DNA from: an uncultured Actinomycetes bacterium
GTDB taxonomy: Bacteria; Actinomycetota; Thermoleophilia; Gaiellales; F1-60-MAGs149
Length of the DNA stretch: 64,000 bases
Assembly (NCBI GenBank): GCA_963722525.1
Contig: CAVRMM010000002.1
Location: forward strand, 2,985,621-3,049,620
Reading direction: 5' to 3'
Positions within the stretch are counted from its first letter, which is position 1. Each line of letters starts with the position of its first letter. Shown here piece after piece: positions 61,663 to 64,000 of this stretch. The notes beneath the pieces were generated by a model that did no database searches, was not told the DNA's origin, and saw only the letters and a program-made list of their open reading frames with translations. A program made the translations under genes and the position numbers.

Positions 61663-62322
61663 TCAGGTCTTCTTGTTGGTGGCGACGTCGAACGAGAACG
61701 TGCGCGCCCCGATGGCAAGGGCGACCTCGCGGTACCGGAACGTGAGCCGCTCGAGCGCGCCGGCGCTGAACTGCTGCGTGCCCGAAAACAGCACCTCGTC
61801 GAACGTATAGGTGGCCCGCGGCGTGGTCGTGCCGGGGTTGAACAGCACCACCTCGAGCGTCGGGAAGCGCTTGCCGGTGAAGACGCCCTCGGTGCTGTCG
61901 ATGGTCAGCCCGTCGATGTCCTTCAGGACCTCGACGTCGGCGACCCTGACCTTGCCGGCGCCCGAGCCGCCGCCGCCCGAGGTGATCGACTCGTTGCTCG
62001 CGCCGAACGAGAAGGCGTGGATGGAGACGGTGGTCGGGCCCAGCGTGAGGGTGCCGACCACGACATCCCCGGGCGCGGCATCGCCGCCGGCCTGGCCCTT
62101 CTGGTTCCAGGTGACGACCTGCTCGCGCCGGTCGCAGTTCTTCGCCTTCGCGACCATCCGCAGCCGGCCGTCACCCTGCTTCGCGCAGGCCGTGATCGTG
62201 CCGTCGGCGCCGACCGGGATGGTCTTCGGCGACTTCGAGGCGATCGCCAGACCGCCGCCGGTGGCCAGCATGCCCGCCGCGACGGCCAGCGCGATCGTGA
62301 GGCCTCGCCGGTGCTCCCCCAT
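61663..62322 (-). CDS. Signal-peptide-bearing protein with C-terminal T6SS Hcp (TssD)-like domain
   Basis: SD GAAGGAG, ATG 62322; RR plus hydrophobic signal; I.AFSFG...GGGGSGAGKV, K.ID, GKRF, Y.F.EV, E.LTF.Y, FSFDVATNK. Confidence 0.75.
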   Translation of the reverse strand: MGEHRRGLTIALAVAAGMLATGGGLAIASKSPKTIPVGADGTITACAKQGDGRLRMVAKAKNCDRREQVVTWNQKGQAGGDAAPGDVVVGTLTLGPTTVSIHAFSFGASNESITSGGGGSGAGKVRVADVEVLKDIDGLTIDSTEGVFTGKRFPTLEVVLFNPGTTTPRATYTFDEVLFSGTQQFSAGALERLTFRYREVALAIGARTFSFDVATNKKT

Positions 62323-62353
62323 GGTTGCTCCTTCCGGGTGGAATGAGCACGCA

Positions 62354-62379
62354 ATCGGCACCCCGGGCGCCGGCCTTGA
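62354..62379 (-). promoter_or_regulatory. Sigma-28 (FliA/WhiG)-like promoter TCAAG-N15-GCCGAT
   Basis: In the 72-nt spacer, about 30 nt upstream of the Hcp-like ATG. Confidence 0.6.
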
Positions 62380-62394
62380 GCGGCGCCAGGCTGC

Positions 62395-63675
62395 TCAGTG
62401 GTGGCGGGCGAGCGCCTCGTCGAGGAGATCGACCGCGCGGTCGATCTCCTCCGTGGTGGCCGTCAGCGGCGGCGCGATGCGGAAGCAGTGCGCCGCCGGC
62501 CCGGTCGGGATCGGATGCAGCGACAGCCCGAGCGCCATCGCCTCGGCGCCGACGGTGGCCGCGAGCCCGGCGGCGGGCTCGCGCGTCGCGCGGTCGCGCA
62601 CCAGCTCGACGCCCGCCAGCAGGCCACGCCCGCGGACGTCGCCGACGGCCGGGTGCCGCTCTGCCAGTCCCCGGAGGCGCAGCAGCAGGTGGTCGCCCAG
62701 CTCCGCCGCCCGCCCCACCAGGCCGTCGTCGGCGATCACGTCCAGCCCGGCGAGACCGGCCGCGGCCGGCAGCGGGTCGGCGACGTGCGACGTGTTGTGC
62801 GCGAGCCCCTTGCCGACGCAGTCCGCCTCGATCTCGTCGGTGGTCAGCGTCGCCGACAGCGGGATGCCGCCGCCGAGCGTCTTGGACAGCGTCAGGAACT
62901 CCGGCACCACGTCCTCGCGCGCGCTGTCGAACCACGAGCCGCAGCGGCCGAGGCCCGTCTGCGCCTCGTCGATGATCAGCAGCATGTCGCGGCTGCGGCA
63001 GTGCTCGGCCGCGCGGGCCAGCCAGCCGTCGGGCGGCACGATGACGCCCGCCGACGACAGGATCGGCTCGAGGATCATGGCCGCCAGCGACCCGACGGAC
63101 TGCTGGTCGACGAGCTCGAAGCCGGCATCCAGGCAGGTGCAGTCGCAGGTCTCGCGGCAGTGCCGGACGGGACAGCGGTACGCGTACGGGGCCGGCACGG
63201 CGAGGGTGCCGGGCACCAGCGGCCCGAAGCCCCGGCGCGAGCGCAGGTAGGTGGAGCTGGCGGCGCCGATGGTGGCGCCGTGGAAGGCGCGGGCGACGCC
63301 GACGATCTCGAACTTGCCGCTGAACATCTTGGCGAGCTTCAGGGCGAACTCGTTCGCCTCGGCGCCGGTCGACAGCGGCATGACGCGGGTCAGCGGCGCC
63401 GGCGCCAGCGATGCCAGGCGGTCGGCCAGCGCGAGCACCGGCTCCGACAGCATGCGCGAGTCGAGGTGCACCGCGGTGTCCAGCGCCTCCCGCACCGCGG
63501 CCATCACCCGCGGGTGCCGGTGGCCGAGCGTCGAGCAGATCTGGCCCGACGAGAAGTCGAGCAGCCGGCGGCCGTCGGTCGTCTCCAGCCACATCCCGTC
63601 CGCCCGCTCGACGACGAACGGCGCGAACCCGCCCAGGTAGCGCACGAGGTGGCGCTCGCGGGGGTCGGCCGTCAC
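62395..63675 (-). CDS. Class III PLP enzyme, 2,2-dialkylglycine decarboxylase (DgdA)-like
   Basis: LDFSSGQ..STLGH.HP, LSTGAEANE, EPILSS.G, DEAQTG.GR, LTLSKTLG.G.PL, SHVADPLPAA. Confidence 0.82.
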   Translation of the reverse strand: MTADPRERHLVRYLGGFAPFVVERADGMWLETTDGRRLLDFSSGQICSTLGHRHPRVMAAVREALDTAVHLDSRMLSEPVLALADRLASLAPAPLTRVMPLSTGAEANEFALKLAKMFSGKFEIVGVARAFHGATIGAASSTYLRSRRGFGPLVPGTLAVPAPYAYRCPVRHCRETCDCTCLDAGFELVDQQSVGSLAAMILEPILSSAGVIVPPDGWLARAAEHCRSRDMLLIIDEAQTGLGRCGSWFDSAREDVVPEFLTLSKTLGGGIPLSATLTTDEIEADCVGKGLAHNTSHVADPLPAAAGLAGLDVIADDGLVGRAAELGDHLLLRLRGLAERHPAVGDVRGRGLLAGVELVRDRATREPAAGLAATVGAEAMALGLSLHPIPTGPAAHCFRIAPPLTATTEEIDRAVDLLDEALARHH

Positions 63676-64000
63676 GGATCGACCGCCTCGTCCAGGTGCT
63701 GGTACTTGGTGCTGTACTGGGCGATCGCCGCGGCGTGCAGCTCGGCGGGCGTGCGCTGGGCGAACCGCTCGAGGCCGAACGGCACGAGCCGCGCGGGGCG
63801 CTCGCCCTCCACGATCCAGCCGGCCAGCAGCGCACCCACCGCCGGCGAGACGTGCAGGCCCATGACGTTGTCGCCGGCCACGACGTAGGCGCCCGCGGCG
63901 CCGGGCAGCCGGTCGACGATGAAGGTGCCGTCGGGCGACATCGTCGGCACGCCGGCGCGCACCTCGACGGCGGTCGCTCCGGCCAGCGCGGGGATGACGT
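63672..64000 (-). CDS. C-terminal part of a DAO/GcvT-type FAD oxidoreductase (5' end outside window)
   Basis: G.PTMSPDG..I, G....PAVG..LA.WI..G, F...RF; stop overlaps next gene start. Confidence 0.75.
   Translation of the reverse strand, partial: VIPALAGATAVEVRAGVPTMSPDGTFIVDRLPGAAGAYVVAGDNVMGLHVSPAVGALLAGWIVEGERPARLVPFGLERFAQRTPAELHAAAIAQYSTKYQHLDEAVDP

Noticed and set aside
61663-62322. A type VI secretion system or prophage tail locus
   Set aside because: No sheath, VgrG, PAAR, baseplate or phage genes in the window, and the protein has a signal peptide

Overview
Very GC-rich, gene-dense chromosomal window. By inference it comes from an actinobacterium, most plausibly class Thermoleophilia: futalosine-pathway mqnD/mqnP, FabI, NucS with a C-terminal clamp motif, many leaderless genes and secreted proteins with basic C-termini. 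Contents in order: an ethylmalonyl-CoA-type cluster (ccr, CitE-like lyase, acyl-CoA dehydrogenase, MaoC); gntR-nucS; fabI; form II coxSLM-like molybdenum hydroxylase; thrB; mqnD; a tkt-pgi-zwf-opcA-pgl operon; rarA; two arginase-family genes; an NlpC/P60 hydrolase; tRNA-Phe followed by a small atypical patch; amine-catabolism oxidoreductases; and a moaC-mog-mqnP-ccmABCD-hemA-hemC-cobA/hemD superoperon. About 8.9-24.5 kb, plus scattered later spots, is full of frameshifts that look like sequencing error rather than pseudogenisation. The best candidate for an undescribed system is the surface-protein region at 49.4-62.4 kb. It holds a signal-peptide-bearing T6SS Hcp-like protein with no T6SS genes in the window, and a Gly-rich protein-DUF1800-DUF1501-cupredoxin run. 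Both are preceded by the same sigma-28-like motif, T(C/G)AAG-N15-GCCGAT. They sit next to an 8-repeat FN3-like protein and a palindrome-packed intergenic region. All calls come from reading motifs by eye; no searches were run.
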